A DNA stretch of 64,000 nucleotides from Eutreptiella sp. 'Long Island Sound 2002'. Taxonomy: Eukaryota; Protista; Euglenida. Of the stretch, positions 52,030-64,000 are shown piece after piece. The notes under the pieces are model-generated. The model had not been told where the DNA came from. It worked only from the letters and a program-made list of their open reading frames with translations, and did not search any database. Within the stretch, counting starts at the first letter, position 1. Each line of letters begins with the position of its first letter. Made by a program: the position numbers and the translations under genes. The DNA lies in assembly GCA_964036045.1 (NCBI GenBank), contig OZ038378.1, positions 1,426,001 through 1,490,000 on the forward strand, read 5' to 3'.

Positions 52030-55000
52030 GTTTTGACATGCAAGGGGCAAATGCGCAATGCAAGCCCATTCTATGACCCATCATACCGGCACCAATCCCA
52101 TCCTCCTCTCAAATGCCCATACTTTGACCAAGCTAACGGTAAACGCGCAATGCAACCCGTTACTTGAATGCGAATTTCCGTTGCCAGCTACATCAATGAC
52201 ATGCAAGGGGCAAATGCGCAATGCAAGCCATTCTTTGACACATCATACCGGCACCGTGCACCGTTCCATGCACCGTGTCCAATTGCCCAATGTAAGCCCT
52301 TTTCCAAATCATCCCAATACTTCTCTTGCACACCAACGGTGAATGCGCAATGCAAGCCGTCCCGTGCACCGTGTCCAATTGAGCAATGCAAGCCCCTCTT
52401 GCACACCAACCGTGAATGCACAATGCAAGCCGTTCTGCGCACCGTGTCCAATTGCGCCATGCAAGCCCATCTCCAACCCATCTCATTACTTCTCTTGCAC
52501 ACCAACGGTGAATGCGCATTGCAAGCCGTTCCGTGCACCGTGTCCAATTGAGCAATGCAAGCCCATCTCCAACCCATCTCAATACTTCTCTTCCACACCA
52601 ACGGTGAATGCGCCACGCAAGCCGTTCCGTGCACCGTGTCCAATTGCCCAATGTAAGCCCTTTTCCAAACCATCTTCTTACTACTCTTGCACACCAACGG
52701 TGAATGCGCAAAGCAAGCCGTTCCGTACACCGTGTCCAATTGCCCAATGTAAGCCCTTTTCCAAATCATCTCATTACTTCTCTTGCACACCAACGGTGAA
52801 TGCGCAATGCAAGCCGTTCCATGCACCGTGTCCAATTGCCCAATGTAAGCCCTTTTCCGAATCATCTTCTTACTTCTCTTGCGAATCATCTTCTTACTTC
52901 TCTTGCACACCAACGGTGAATGCGCAAAGCAAGCCGTTCCGTACACCGTGTCCAATTGCCCAATGTAAGCCCTTTTCCAAATCGTCTCATTACTTCTCTT
53001 GCACACCAACGGTGAATGCGCATTGCAAGCCGTTCCGTGCACCGTGTCCAATTGCCTAATGTAAGCCCTTTTCCAATCATCTTCTTACTTATCTTGCACA
53101 CCAACGGTGAATGCGCAATGCAAGCCGTTCCGTGCACCGTGTCCAATTGAGCAATGCAAGCCCCTCTTGCACACCAACGGTGAATGCACAATGCAAGCCG
53201 TTCCGTGCACCGTGTCCAATTGAGCAATGCAAGCCCATCTCCAACCCATCTCATTACTTCTCTTGCACACCAACGGTGAATGCGCAATGCAAGCCGTTCC
53301 GTGCACCGTGTCCAATTGCCCAATGTAAGCCCTTTTCCAAATCATCTCATTACTTCTCTTGCACATCAACGGTGAATGTGCAATGCAAGCCGTTCCGTGC
53401 ACCGTGTCCAATTGCCCAATGTAAGCCCTTTTCCAAATCATCTCATTACTTCTCTTGCACACCAACGGTGAATGCGCAATGCAAGCCGTTCCGTGCACCG
53501 TGTCCAATTGCCCAATGTAAGCCCTTTTCCAAATCATCTTCTTACTACTCTTGCACACCAACGGTGAATGCGCAATGCAAGCCGTTCCGTGCACCGTGTC
53601 CAATTGCCCAATGTAAGCCCTTTTCCAAGTCATCTCATTACTTCTCTTGCACACCAACGGTGAATGCGCAATGCAAGCCGTTCCGTGCACCGTGTCCAAT
53701 TGCCCAATGTAAGCCCTTTTCCAAATCATCTCATTACTTTTCTTGCACACCAACGGTGAATGCGCAATGCAAGCCGTCCCGTGCACCGTGTCCAATTGCC
53801 CAATGTAAGCCCTTTTCCAATCATCTTCTTACTTATCTTGCACACCAACGGTGAATGCGCAATGCAAGCCGCTCTGTGCACCGTGTCCAGTTGAGCAATG
53901 CAAGCCCCTCTTGCACACCAACGGTGAATGCACAATGCAAGCCGTTCCGTGCACCGTGTCCAATTGAGCAATGCAAGCCCATCTCCAACCCATCTCATTA
54001 CTTCTCTTGCACACCAACGGTGAATGCGCAATGCAAGCCGTTCCGTGCACCGTGTCCAATTAGTCAATGTAAGCCCTTTTCCAAATCATCTCATTACTTC
54101 TCTTGCACACCAACGGTGAATGCGCAATGCAAGCCGTTCCGTGCACCGTGTCCAATTGCCCAATGTAAGCCCTTTTCCAAACCATCTTCTTGCTTCTCTT
54201 GCACACCAACGGTGAATGCGCAATGCAAGCCGCTCTGTGCACCGTGTCCAGTTGAGCAATGCAAGCCCCTCTTGCACACCAACGGTGAATGCACAATGCA
54301 AGCCGTTCCGTGCACCGTGTCCAATTGAGCAATGCAAGCCCATCTCCAACCCATCTCATTACTTCTCTTGCACACCAACGGTGAATGCGCAATGCAAGCC
54401 GTTCCGTGCACCGTGTCCAATTAGTCAATGTAAGCCCTTTTCCAAATCATCTCATTACTTCTCTTGCACACCAACGGTGAATGCGCAATGCAAGCCGTTC
54501 CGTGCACCGTGTCCAATTGCCCAATGTAAGCCCTTTTCCAAACCATCTTCTTGCTTCTCTTGCACACCAACGGTGAATGCGCAATGCAAGCCGTTCTGCG
54601 CACCCTGTCCAATTGCCCAATGCAAGCCCATCTCCAACCCATCTCAATACTTCTCTTCCACACCAACGGTGAATGCGCAATACAAGCCGTTCCATGCACC
54701 GTGTCCAATTGCCCAATGCAAGCCCATCTCCAACCCATCTCATTACTTCTCTTGCACACCAACGGTGAATGCGCAATGCAAGCCGTTCCGTGCACCGTGT
54801 CCAATTGCCCAATGTAAGCCCTTTTCCAAATCATCTCATTACTTCTCTTGCACATCAACGGTGAATGTGCAATGCAAGCCGTTCCGTGCACCGTGTCCAA
54901 TTGCCCAATGTAAGCCCTTTTCCAAATCATCTCATTACTTCTCTTGCACACCAACGGTGAATGCGCAATGCAAGCCGTTCCGTGCACCGTGTCCAATTGC

Positions 55001-56310
55001 CCAATGTAAGCCCTTTTCCAAATCATCTTCTTACTACTCTTGCACACCAACGGTGAATGCGCAATGCAAGCCGTTCCGTGCACCGTGTCCAATTGCCCAA
55101 TGTAAGCCCTTTTCCAAGTCATCTCATTACTTCTCTTGCACACCAACGGTGAATGTGCAATGCAAGCCGTTCCGTGCACCGTGTCCAATTGCCCAATGTA
55201 AGCCCTTTTCCAAATCATCTCATTACTTCTCTTGCACACCAACGGTGAATGCGCAATGCAAGCCGTTCCGTGCACCGTGTCCAATTGCCCAATGTAAGCC
55301 CTTTTCCAAATCATCTTCTTACTACTCTTGCACACCAACGGTGAATGCGCAATGCAAGCCGTTCCGTGCACCGTGTCCAATTGCCCAATGTAAGCCCTTT
55401 TCCAAGTCATCTCATTACTTCTCTTGCACACCAACGGTGAATGCGCAATGCAAGCCGTTCCGTGCACCGTGTCCAATTGCCCAATGTAAGCCCTTTTCCA
55501 AATCATCTCATTACTTTTCTTGCACACCAACGGTGAATGCGCAATGCAAGCCGTCCCGTGCACCGTGTCCAATTGCCCAATGTAAGCCCCTTTCCAACCC
55601 ATCTCATTGCTTCTTTTGCACACCAACGGTGAATGCGCAATGCAAGCCGCTCTGTGCACCGTGTCCAGTTGAGCAATGCAAGCCCCTCTTGCACACCAAC
55701 GGTGAATGCACAATGCAAGCCGTTCCGTGCACCGTGTCCAATTGAGCAATGCAAGCCCATCTCCAACCCATCTCATTACTTCTCTTGCACACCAACGGTG
55801 AATGCGCAATGCAAGCCGTTCCGTGCACCGTGTCCAATTAGTCAATGTAAGCCCTTTTCCAAATCATCTCATTACTTCTCTTGCACACCAACGGTGAATG
55901 CGCAATGCAAGCCGTTCCGTGCACCGTGTCCAATTGCCCAATGTAAGCCCTTTTCCAAACCATCTTCTTGCTTCTCTTGCACACCAACGGTGAATGCGCA
56001 ATGCAAGCCGTTCTGCGCACCCTGTCCAATTGCCCAATGCAAGCCCATCTCCAACCCATCTCAATACTTCTCTTCCACACCAACGGTGAATGCGCAATAC
56101 AAGCCGTTCCATGCACCGTGTCCAATTGCCCAATGCAAGCCCATCTCCAACCCATCTCATTACTTCTCGTGCACACCAACGGTGAATGCGCAATGCAAGC
56201 CGTTCTGCGCACCGTGTCAAATTGCCCTATCCAAGCCCTTCTCCTAGCCATCTCATTACTTCTCTTGCACAACAACGGTCAATGCGCAATGCAAGCCGTT
56301 CTGTGTCCCG
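52030..56310. repeat. Right subterminal array: 96-bp unit with 73-bp variants (~45 units) and higher-order blocks
   Basis: gcacaccaacggtgaatgcgcaatgcaagccgttccgtgcaccgtgtccaattgcccaatgtaagccc...; 361-bp (73+3x96) block repeat from 53855 to 54216. Confidence 0.97.
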
Positions 56311-59300
56311 TGTCCACCAGCACTCTGATTCACTTCCACTTTCCCCTTGATACATTTCTCACCCCATGGTGTATCTCTAACCCCATGACCGCCTCAGACA
56401 CCCGTAGTCTTGAGGTTTTCGGTACCCATTGCCGGAAATACCCAAGCCGATGCAACCCTACCGTACACGCAAGTAGGGGCGGTGCGAATAGTCGGATCAC
56501 ACCTGGGCCGCATACCCAACAGTTCGGAGGTGCCCGACACTATGTGACAGCCAAAAAGGTTTTCATTTGGTGACCATGCATGCCAACCCCTCATGCCATG
56601 GCGTCCCTGCCCTAGCATGCATCTCCTCACTGCTTAAACTGCCCTCTCGCACCTCTCCCCTCTTGGTCTTATGCAGTTTTCCCGCCTCAGCAGCTCAAGA
56701 ATGGTTGTCCCTCTCCCCTCTTCGAGGTGCCCTGCCGAAGGCAATAGAATTTTTGTTTGTGTATTGCGGCCGTATTGTGGCCGCTGTGTGTTGATTCAGA
56801 CCCAGGTCCTCAACAACTTTTTTCTTGTACATGGACCCCCGAACCCGTGGCTGGGGTTCCGGGTCCAAACTCCAGTTACCCCCGGTCGCCCCCCCCATAT
56901 GGGCACTTGCCAGTGAGCACAACTGTTTTCAGGCCCGTTTCAGGTTGTGAGACCAAAGCCAGGAGGAAAGGGCTTGCTGAACAGTGATCCGAAAGGGCGG
57001 TACCGCCAAGGCCCTTGCATGGTCAAAGGGGGGCACGTAAGGGGTCCCGGATGCACCGCCTCCACACCCATGTGAGGGACAGCCCTGGTGCCCATGGGGT
57101 CACAACGAGGTGCTACCACTGCGCGTGTGGGGCCACGGTTGGAGGTAGTCGCACGGCCCGTGGCGCGCTGAGGAGCTATTCGACCTGAACCATTCCAGTG
57201 GGGAGGGATATGTCCTCCTCCCCAGGGTGCCACCGTCGCCCCAGGGGGTTACGACCTTCGCAACAATACTGTCAGAGTGCAGTACCATGTCGTCCCCTCC
57301 GGTGTCGAAGGGGGGCACCACTTGGGCCTCTGCGGTGTCACCGGGGGTGGCCTTTGGTTTCCATGGTGTCAACAGGATACTGCTTTGACACGTACTGGCA
57401 CCTACGGGGTATGCTGTCACACCCTTTAGCATCAAAGCAGGTAACAGGTCCATGAGGGAAAAATTCTGTTGTGAACAAGTTGTGTCGGAAGTTGTGTAGA
57501 TGCTGTGTTTAGGGGTGTCCAGGATTGGTGCTGCATATCCTCTCTCTCTCTTTCTCTCTCTCAACATCTCTGGCTCACCTCCAAGGGCCAACGAACAATG
57601 CAATGTCACATGTGTAACGGAATTCACTCACACGTTTCCTCACAACAGTGTGGCAACAGTGGGGCCCGGCAAGCATTGAAGCAGTGCAGCGTTTGTCTAC
57701 TGTACAGAAGAAGCTGCTGCAGAAATGCCCCTGTGCAGTTTGTCCCATCCCCACGACCAATTTGGCACCTACAATGTCATTGGGGAGGGGGGGGGGTTGC
57801 TCGCCTGGTCCGTTGGGTATGGCAAGGGGGTTTCTCTTGACCGCTATGCTATCGAAAGGGGTTAACCACTCTGGCATCCATGGGTGATACGGGCGGGTTA
57901 CAACATAGGCAGCCCTGTTGTCACATGGGGGTGCCACCGGGTGACCAGGCCTGTTGTGGGCTCACAAAACAAGGGCGGCAAGAGGCGTGCCCCGAACACA
58001 AATCCGTTTGGTCCATGGCTGCTTGTGATGGGGTTTTGGTCACTGATCAATTGAGCTTTTTAGAGCTCCCTGCATTGGAGGACAGGAGGACAATGGTTGC
58101 AAAGTGGGTCACCATCTTAGCATCTCTACTCCCTTGCTTGGCTAGTTTCATAGGAGGGTAACAGCTCGACCCCTATGGTGTTCCAATCCGGGCATCTTGG
58201 CACCGTAGAGATTGTGCTTAAGGGGTTTCATGGTTTGTCCACAGTGTTGTGAACATTGTCCACAAGGTTGTCAGTGCAGGGCACGTCGTCGGGATCCATG
58301 AGAGAACCGGGGAGTATGCTTAGCACCCATCAAATAAAGTGCCGCATTGGCACCACAAGTGTCAAAAGGCAGTGTCAATGTGGCATCTATGGCATCACTA
58401 TCAAGTGCCACCGGCACCAATGCAACCCAGGGTGCCAAATTGGCAGTTGTGATCAATTGGGGTAACACCTGCGGGATTACCATCTCGGCACCAGTGGTGT
58501 CAAAAAAGGCTATGATATTGGCATTTGGTGTCATAATGGGGTGGCTCCTTGCCACCTGCTATAGGGGGCTGTGCCTGCTATCGTGTTATTTGGCATCAAA
58601 CACAGGTGCCATTTTAGCACCTGTGGCGTCAAGCAGGGGTGCCATTTTGGCCCAGATCATGTCACAGTGTGATACCATCTTGGCACTATGCTTGGCACCT
58701 ATGAATGTGGTGTTGCCGGGGGATTGCTGACTTCACACTGACAGCACCAAAGCAACCATGTTGGCACCTATTGCTTCATCGGGGAATATCATCCAAGGAA
58801 GCACTGTATGTACATTGTATGGCACGGTAGCACCATGGGACATGCCAAAAAGAAGTGGTGGGTATCACTGTAGTGTCATCGGGGGGTACCATTTTGGCAT
58901 GCACGGTGTCATAAGCTGGGTATCATCTTCACACCTGTGATGGAAAGGTGTGGTACCTCGTTTATACCTGTTGCGTTACATGGGTGGTATCCCCTTGCCG
59001 TAGTGTTGTCAATGCGGAACACAGTGCGGGCACTCCTGGTGTTAAAGGGGAGTACCGGCTTGGCATCTATACTATCAAGCATAGTAAACCCCTGTCACTG
59101 ATGAATTCAAACTGAACTACCACGCGAGCACTACTAGTTTGAGAGGGCACCTGTAGGAGGCTACCTTGCCAAACCTGCCACGAAAGGAAGTTTGGGGCCA
59201 ATTTCTTGGTAAACCTGCCCAAATTCGCACCAAAAACCCTCCCCATTCAAAAGTTCCGCGAATGCCTGTTCACAAAGGGTGCAAGTGTTCTCAATTCATT

Positions 59301-60492
59301 CCTCTGGAAAGTGAGGCACACATTTGGTCCCTAGCTCCCAAATTTGGGAAGGTGGGCCCGTGCACTGCGCAAAGTAAGCCCCCATGATTTGTTGGCGTAG
59401 TGATTTCCATGATGCCCAAAGCCATGCCAGCCCCTTTGAACTATGGCTTCCAATGTTGACAATGTGTGGGGGTTGTTTTGGCATGTCAACAAATTTTGAT
59501 ATTCCACATTTGGCGAAGTTAGTGAGGAGTTTTTTTTTTTGGACTCGGCATATTGTAGATATTGAATGTACTCCATGCTCCGCCACTAAGCGCCAAGCAG
59601 CAATGGAAAATCTGTTGTGGAAGTGGTGCCCACAACTTGCTGTCATGCCATAGACTATGCGGCTCGTGACAAGAGACTTGGTAGTGCCCTCTTTCTTTTG
59701 TCCTTTTGCCAAGGAACTATGCATATGTTTGATGTACCCCACCCCAACCACATACATGCAACGTACTTTGTGAGCAAAGGCTTTGCAGCAAGCGACTCAC
59801 AGTAGTCGCAGTAGTCGCAGCAATGGGCTGTTTTGGGGTGTAAGCAATGCACAATGAGTTGTTCTGTCTCTAGTACAGTAGTGTCTCGACCCTTGGCAAT
59901 GACGGCTCAATATGCATATTCACATGCATCTGGGTGAACTGCGCCAAATTTGTACAAGAGGCGCAAGGCATGTTGGTGCACTAAATTGCGACATTGTACA
60001 ATGAATTGTCTGTTTGGGATGATACGTGGTTGGCAAACAATTGCGCGATAAGCCTGAGCTGTTGTGTTGGGGCTTTCAAAGCGTAAAGCATAGAGTAGTG
60101 GCATGATTTCATGGGCACTTGTTTGGGCTTTGTGTGCGCCATTGGTGGAGGGAAGAGTCTAAAGAGCATAAAACACCAATTTAGCGATGTTGAGACTCCT
60201 TGACATGGATGCACAATATTTTTCGTGTCTTTTGATAGTTTCCAGACTGTGTGTTGCAGGTGCCATAGATGCTTACCGGCGGTGGTCGGGGCTGTGGGGG
60301 CCCACTCCGCCTCAACCCCCCCCTCCCTTACCGTCAGCGTTCCTCGCATGTTCGCTGCCGTGAGTGCCTGTCTTTCCTTGTCCCGTCTCCCTTTTTCTCC
60401 CGATTCCCCACTCTGTTTCTGTCTCTCATCATCCGTCTTCGCTTCTTCCTCCTCTTTTGCTTTGGCTGAGCCACACGCTATTTTCATTTCAG

Positions 60493-62509
60493 GCAAGCCA
60501 AGATGTTGGAGCAGTCAGTGGGTACAGATCTGAGAAGTAGCTTCAATGAGCAGCTTCAGCATTTGGGGGTGCAATCATCAGCTGAGGATCCCGAAGAAGT
60601 GCAAAAGGGCGACACGGCCAACACACAGCAATCACTTGGAGAAGCTGAAATACTGCATTGCTTAAGTTACCCAGCAGTCTGTCGTTCGATTGGCCATGAT
60701 CTGAAAACACTTGACAAGGGACGGGATGCCATTCGTCAAGTGTATTTCAATGCCGTCGCAAACACAGCCCCGCGGAACAAGCAGGACACCGGCCGGGTCC
60801 CGACGCTTTTCGCTAACTTGGCAGCACTAGAAGATTGTGACGAAGCGTGGAAAGTCCTCCGAAACGGAACAAGGAAGTTCCAAAGCTTCATATCGTTTGC
60901 GCCCATCACCGGACTCCACTCTGAGAGGTACGGCCAGAAGAACGGGAACAGTCCCGCCGGGCGGAAGGAACAGAGTAGGTCCGCCACCTCCCCAGTGGTG
61001 TGCTTTGTGTCGAGGCCACACGAAGGCCAGGGCACAGTCTGTACTGCGCGGCACACCGCCATCTGCACCGGGCCTGACAAGATTGGGGCCGAGCGATATG
61101 TTATACCCGCACTCGCTTTATTTACCGTCGTCAGTGACACAGACGAGGCTGATGCGTGCCTCCCTGGCAACCAGATCCGCCAGAGGGTCATCGTGTTGCA
61201 ATTCACGTACAAACTCCCGACCGCGAAGCAGATGAAGCAGATTAAGAGCACCCGTTCCGACTACCGAAAACAGTTGGAGGATCTCATTGGCCCAAAGCCC
61301 ACTGAGCCGTGGAGTGTTCAGTACGACGCATGCTTGAAGGAAGGATGTGAGTTCTCCAAGGGATTTTCCTGCCCTGAGAAAGCATACCAGCTTCAGGACA
61401 AGAACCGCGCCAAAGTGGTCCCGCGAATCATGAATGCAGGCTTCACGAAGGAGGAATCAGAAATGTTCTTCCTCCTGAGCAACCCGGCCGTCTGTCGTGC
61501 AATGGGCAATGCTTTGAGACAACCCCGAAGTGACTACGCCGCCATCACGCATTCGTTCTATAATCTGATTGCCACGAAGGCTTTGGCTTTGCAGCGCGCA
61601 GACGACCCGAAGAGAATCGCGCCTGCTCTGTACAAAGACTTGCAGGCGCTGGAAGAACGGGACCCCGAATGGCACAACATTTTCACAAAAGATGCCCATG
61701 GCTTTCAGGGGTTCACCTCGTACTCCCCCGTCACGGGCCTCTTCACTCCCTCTCCGGACAGTTACGATCCAAATGGAATTGCGTATGACGACGGGAAGAT
61801 TGTTGTCGATGCCCCGGTGGTGCGCTTCGTGTCCAGCCCCTACGACCCGCGGTCCTCCACTTTGCATAGCGCTGTGTGCACGAGCATCCATGAGAGAAAC
61901 GGCAAACAACAGTACACACTCCCCCCACTGACACTGTTCAAAGTGGTAGAGGACACCCCGGCCCCCTTTGAGTACCTTCCAGGCAAGTTCATGAACCAAC
62001 GCCTAATCACCGTGCAGCTCACTTACACGGTTCCGCCCTCGTTGGTCAAAGAGGAGGAGAGTCCCGACGAGCCCAGCAGCCGCTTCCTATCGAAGGTTGC
62101 GGACTTGCGGTATGGAGGTTTGAATGACGCGGGCGGGGGCATCAGCGGGTTGCTGGAGGATCCCGTTCTGACGATGGAGGAGGAGTTCGGGCGGAACGAC
62201 CAGTGGGTGGATTGGAACGGCCACAACTTCTGGGGCCTCAAGGAGTGGGAGTATGTCACCGGCCCTGCGAAGGAAGGGGAAGCAGGGGTTGACGCCATCG
62301 GCGACAAAGGGCACGACGGTTGGCTCCCAGAGGACTTTCTGCGGTGCATCAATGGCACGTTGGAGGACGAGCAGCTGCATTTGGACATGGACGAGGTGTT
62401 GGCCGTTCGCCTCTACACGGGGGCCCCGTACCAAGTCATCAATCAATTCCTGCGGGCCATCTCCAATGTGCAGGGCATCTGGCGCAAGGAACTGGTCGCC
62501 AACCCGAAG
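60493..62509 (+). CDS. Large internal exon of a multi-domain ADP-ribosyltransferase-like protein: two degenerate ART-like repeats plus the start of a third, canonical-looking ART domain
   Basis: AG acceptor 60491-60492 and donor AAG|GTATGC at 62510. Internal duplication: EILHCLSYPAVCRSIG / EMFFLLSNPAVCRAMG; FQSFISFAPITGL / FQGFTSYSPVTGL; YVIPALALFTVV / YTLPPLTLFKVV. The third domain has LTMEEEF...DKGHDG...EVLAVRLYTGAPYQVINQFLR. Confidence 0.7.
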
Positions 62510-62619
62510 GTATGCTCTTGGCACGTTCTGGTGCCCATTGTCTGCTCTGTCATTGGCGGCCCAGACGGTCTGCATATTGGCCGGTTAGCCCCACGGGGGC
62601 CGATCCTGGTGGGGACCCG

Positions 62620-62960
62620 ACCCCAAAAGGGGGGGGGGGGGACCCCCGAGGCGGCAGGGGTTATGTAGCCACCTTGCCCACTTGTGGGCCACCTCTGTTT
62701 CTATCCCCCGCTCTGAAGTGGAGGGGATCCCCCAGGCGGCAGGGGTTATGTTTGTTTGCGCGCTTGGATGGGGCCTGACGGAAAAGGTGCTCGGTTTGGG
62801 TCAACGAAGCCCCCCCCCCCCCCCCCTTCGGAGAGGGGTGCCCCCCCCCCCCCCACCCTACAGCCCCCCAAACTGTCGAACACCCCTCGGGGTCACACAT
62901 TGGCTGGCGGCGGCCCGCGTGGTTAGCCCGCGGAATGTCACTTGAGGTGCCCCCGAACTC
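62620..62960. repeat. Dispersed repeat family GGCGGCAGGGGTTATGTAGCCACCTTGCCCACTTGTGGGCC; also at 11160-11370 and 12030-12075
   Basis: Near-identical motif copies at these positions; here it lies in the intron after the ART exon. Confidence 0.75.
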
Positions 62961-64000
62961 GTCTGGAATGGAGAAGGGAGGCGGTGTGGTGGGCATTGTG
63001 GACCATCTACAGTTTGTGGTCGACCTGTTTGCCTCCTGCTTCGGCCGTTTCGGGGTTTGGCCTTGTCTTCTGCCACTTTGAGGGTCTCGGTTTTGCTCTT
63101 TTGGTGTCTTCGAACGGTCATGGCTTTACGCCTGGACAAGGAGGCCTTCGTACACGTCGTACCCAGCCTCTTTCAGCGCATGAAGTACCCCATCTGCAGA
63201 TGAGTTGTCTCCTCGGACGCGCCCTCACACGTGAGTTTGAGGGTTCTCTGGCACTCATGGGGAGCCGGAGGGCACACTGCCTTCATTGGGCTACGACAAG
63301 TTTGGTGCAGTTGTGCGGGGGGTTTCAGGTTTTGGTGCGGTGTCGATGCCTGGGGGCTGGGCAGCCACACAAACCACAATTGCACGGGAAACAATGTCTG
63401 TGGTTTGTGGGCGCTATCTGCTGCTGTCAACGCGAGCTGCTCGTTGTAGACCTGTGCTTGCATGTTGTAGATGAGACTTGCTTCGGGTGTGAAGCCGGAG
63501 GACTGTACCATAGAGCTGCGCGTCGGGCTGGGTTTGGCACGGCGCTGGCACACGGGGCGGGGGAGGGGCTGGGCCTGGCGCAATGCTGGTGCGGAGGGGG
63601 GCTTGGTGTGTTGGGCAGACAGAAAGCAGCGATCCGACCCAACATGCGAAGGGAAGAACGGGTGACCGTCCAGGGCCCCGTAAAGGAGCAACAACCAGAC
63701 GGAATGTCACACAGGGCGGCTTGGCGTGTTGGGCAGCCCGTCACAAGGGTCGCAGCCAGTCCTACCTTCGCGTGCCTGTGGCAGGACGGTTGGAGGTCCA
63801 GTGTCACGGCTGCTGGGACCGGGGAGTACCCCCAGACCCAACTGTAGACCTTGCGAATGGGAGATGATGCCGTGCCTGTGTGTGTGCCCCAGGAGAGGGG
63901 GACCATCCCATTGCACGGGCGGGGCCTCCCTCCCTTCCGGGACCTGCTGCCACAGGGTGTGTGCCGGCGTGACCGGCATGCAGAAGGCGGCACCGCAGGC

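Larger units (their letters stand above)
40781..56737 (+). mobile_element. Helitron2-like rolling-circle element (~16 kb) with subterminal tandem arrays
   Basis: Contains the Rep/helicase ORF. The left end interrupts a host repeat at cttatgc|. A 15-bp inverted repeat (14/15) CGGCAGGGCAGCTCG 40781-40795 / CGAGGTGCCCTGCCG 56723-56737. The right boundary is uncertain between ~56310 and 56737. Confidence 0.75.

Noticed and set aside
52030-56310. CRISPR array, or the 200-509-aa Cys-rich ORFs as real genes
   Set aside because: The variable segments recur identically. The ORFs follow from a 96-bp (32-codon) period and appear on both strands.
56766-56784. GCGGCC-N7-GGCCGC hairpin as the Helitron 3' terminal hairpin
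   Set aside because: It overlaps sequence homologous to the separate repeat at ~39490, so it probably belongs to the flank.

Overview
Repeat-rich eukaryotic (probably protist) nuclear DNA with canonical GT-AG introns and many single-base indels in homopolymer runs; the taxon cannot be assigned from the sequence alone. Main contents: (1) A minus-strand 7-exon gene or pseudogene (6338 to <1) encoding J-like + Ulp1 (C48) protease + acidic repeats + SET domain. Four of its introns share a 5' motif and carry pieces of a 53-bp monomer, which is amplified into a ~1.55-kb fold-back array in one intron. (2) About 3.6 head-to-tail copies of a 2.25-kb unit, with a hAT-like MITE (8-bp TSD) inserted at one junction. 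(3) A spliced DUF4395-glutaredoxin fusion gene with Harbinger/ISL2EU-type and hAT-like transposase remnants around and inside it. (4) A ~16-kb Helitron2-like element whose ~3100-aa protein (one +1 slip) fuses a complete USP (C19) deubiquitinase, HUH Rep, PIF1 helicase and a C-terminal array of Cys-rich Stc1-like zinc fingers. It is flanked on both sides by tandem arrays sharing the core ATGCGCAATGCAA and bounded by a 15-bp inverted repeat. (5) A large exon with two degenerate and one canonical-looking ADP-ribosyltransferase-like domains. No rRNA, tRNA or CRISPR array could be supported. All domain calls come from motif recognition by eye; no database search was run.
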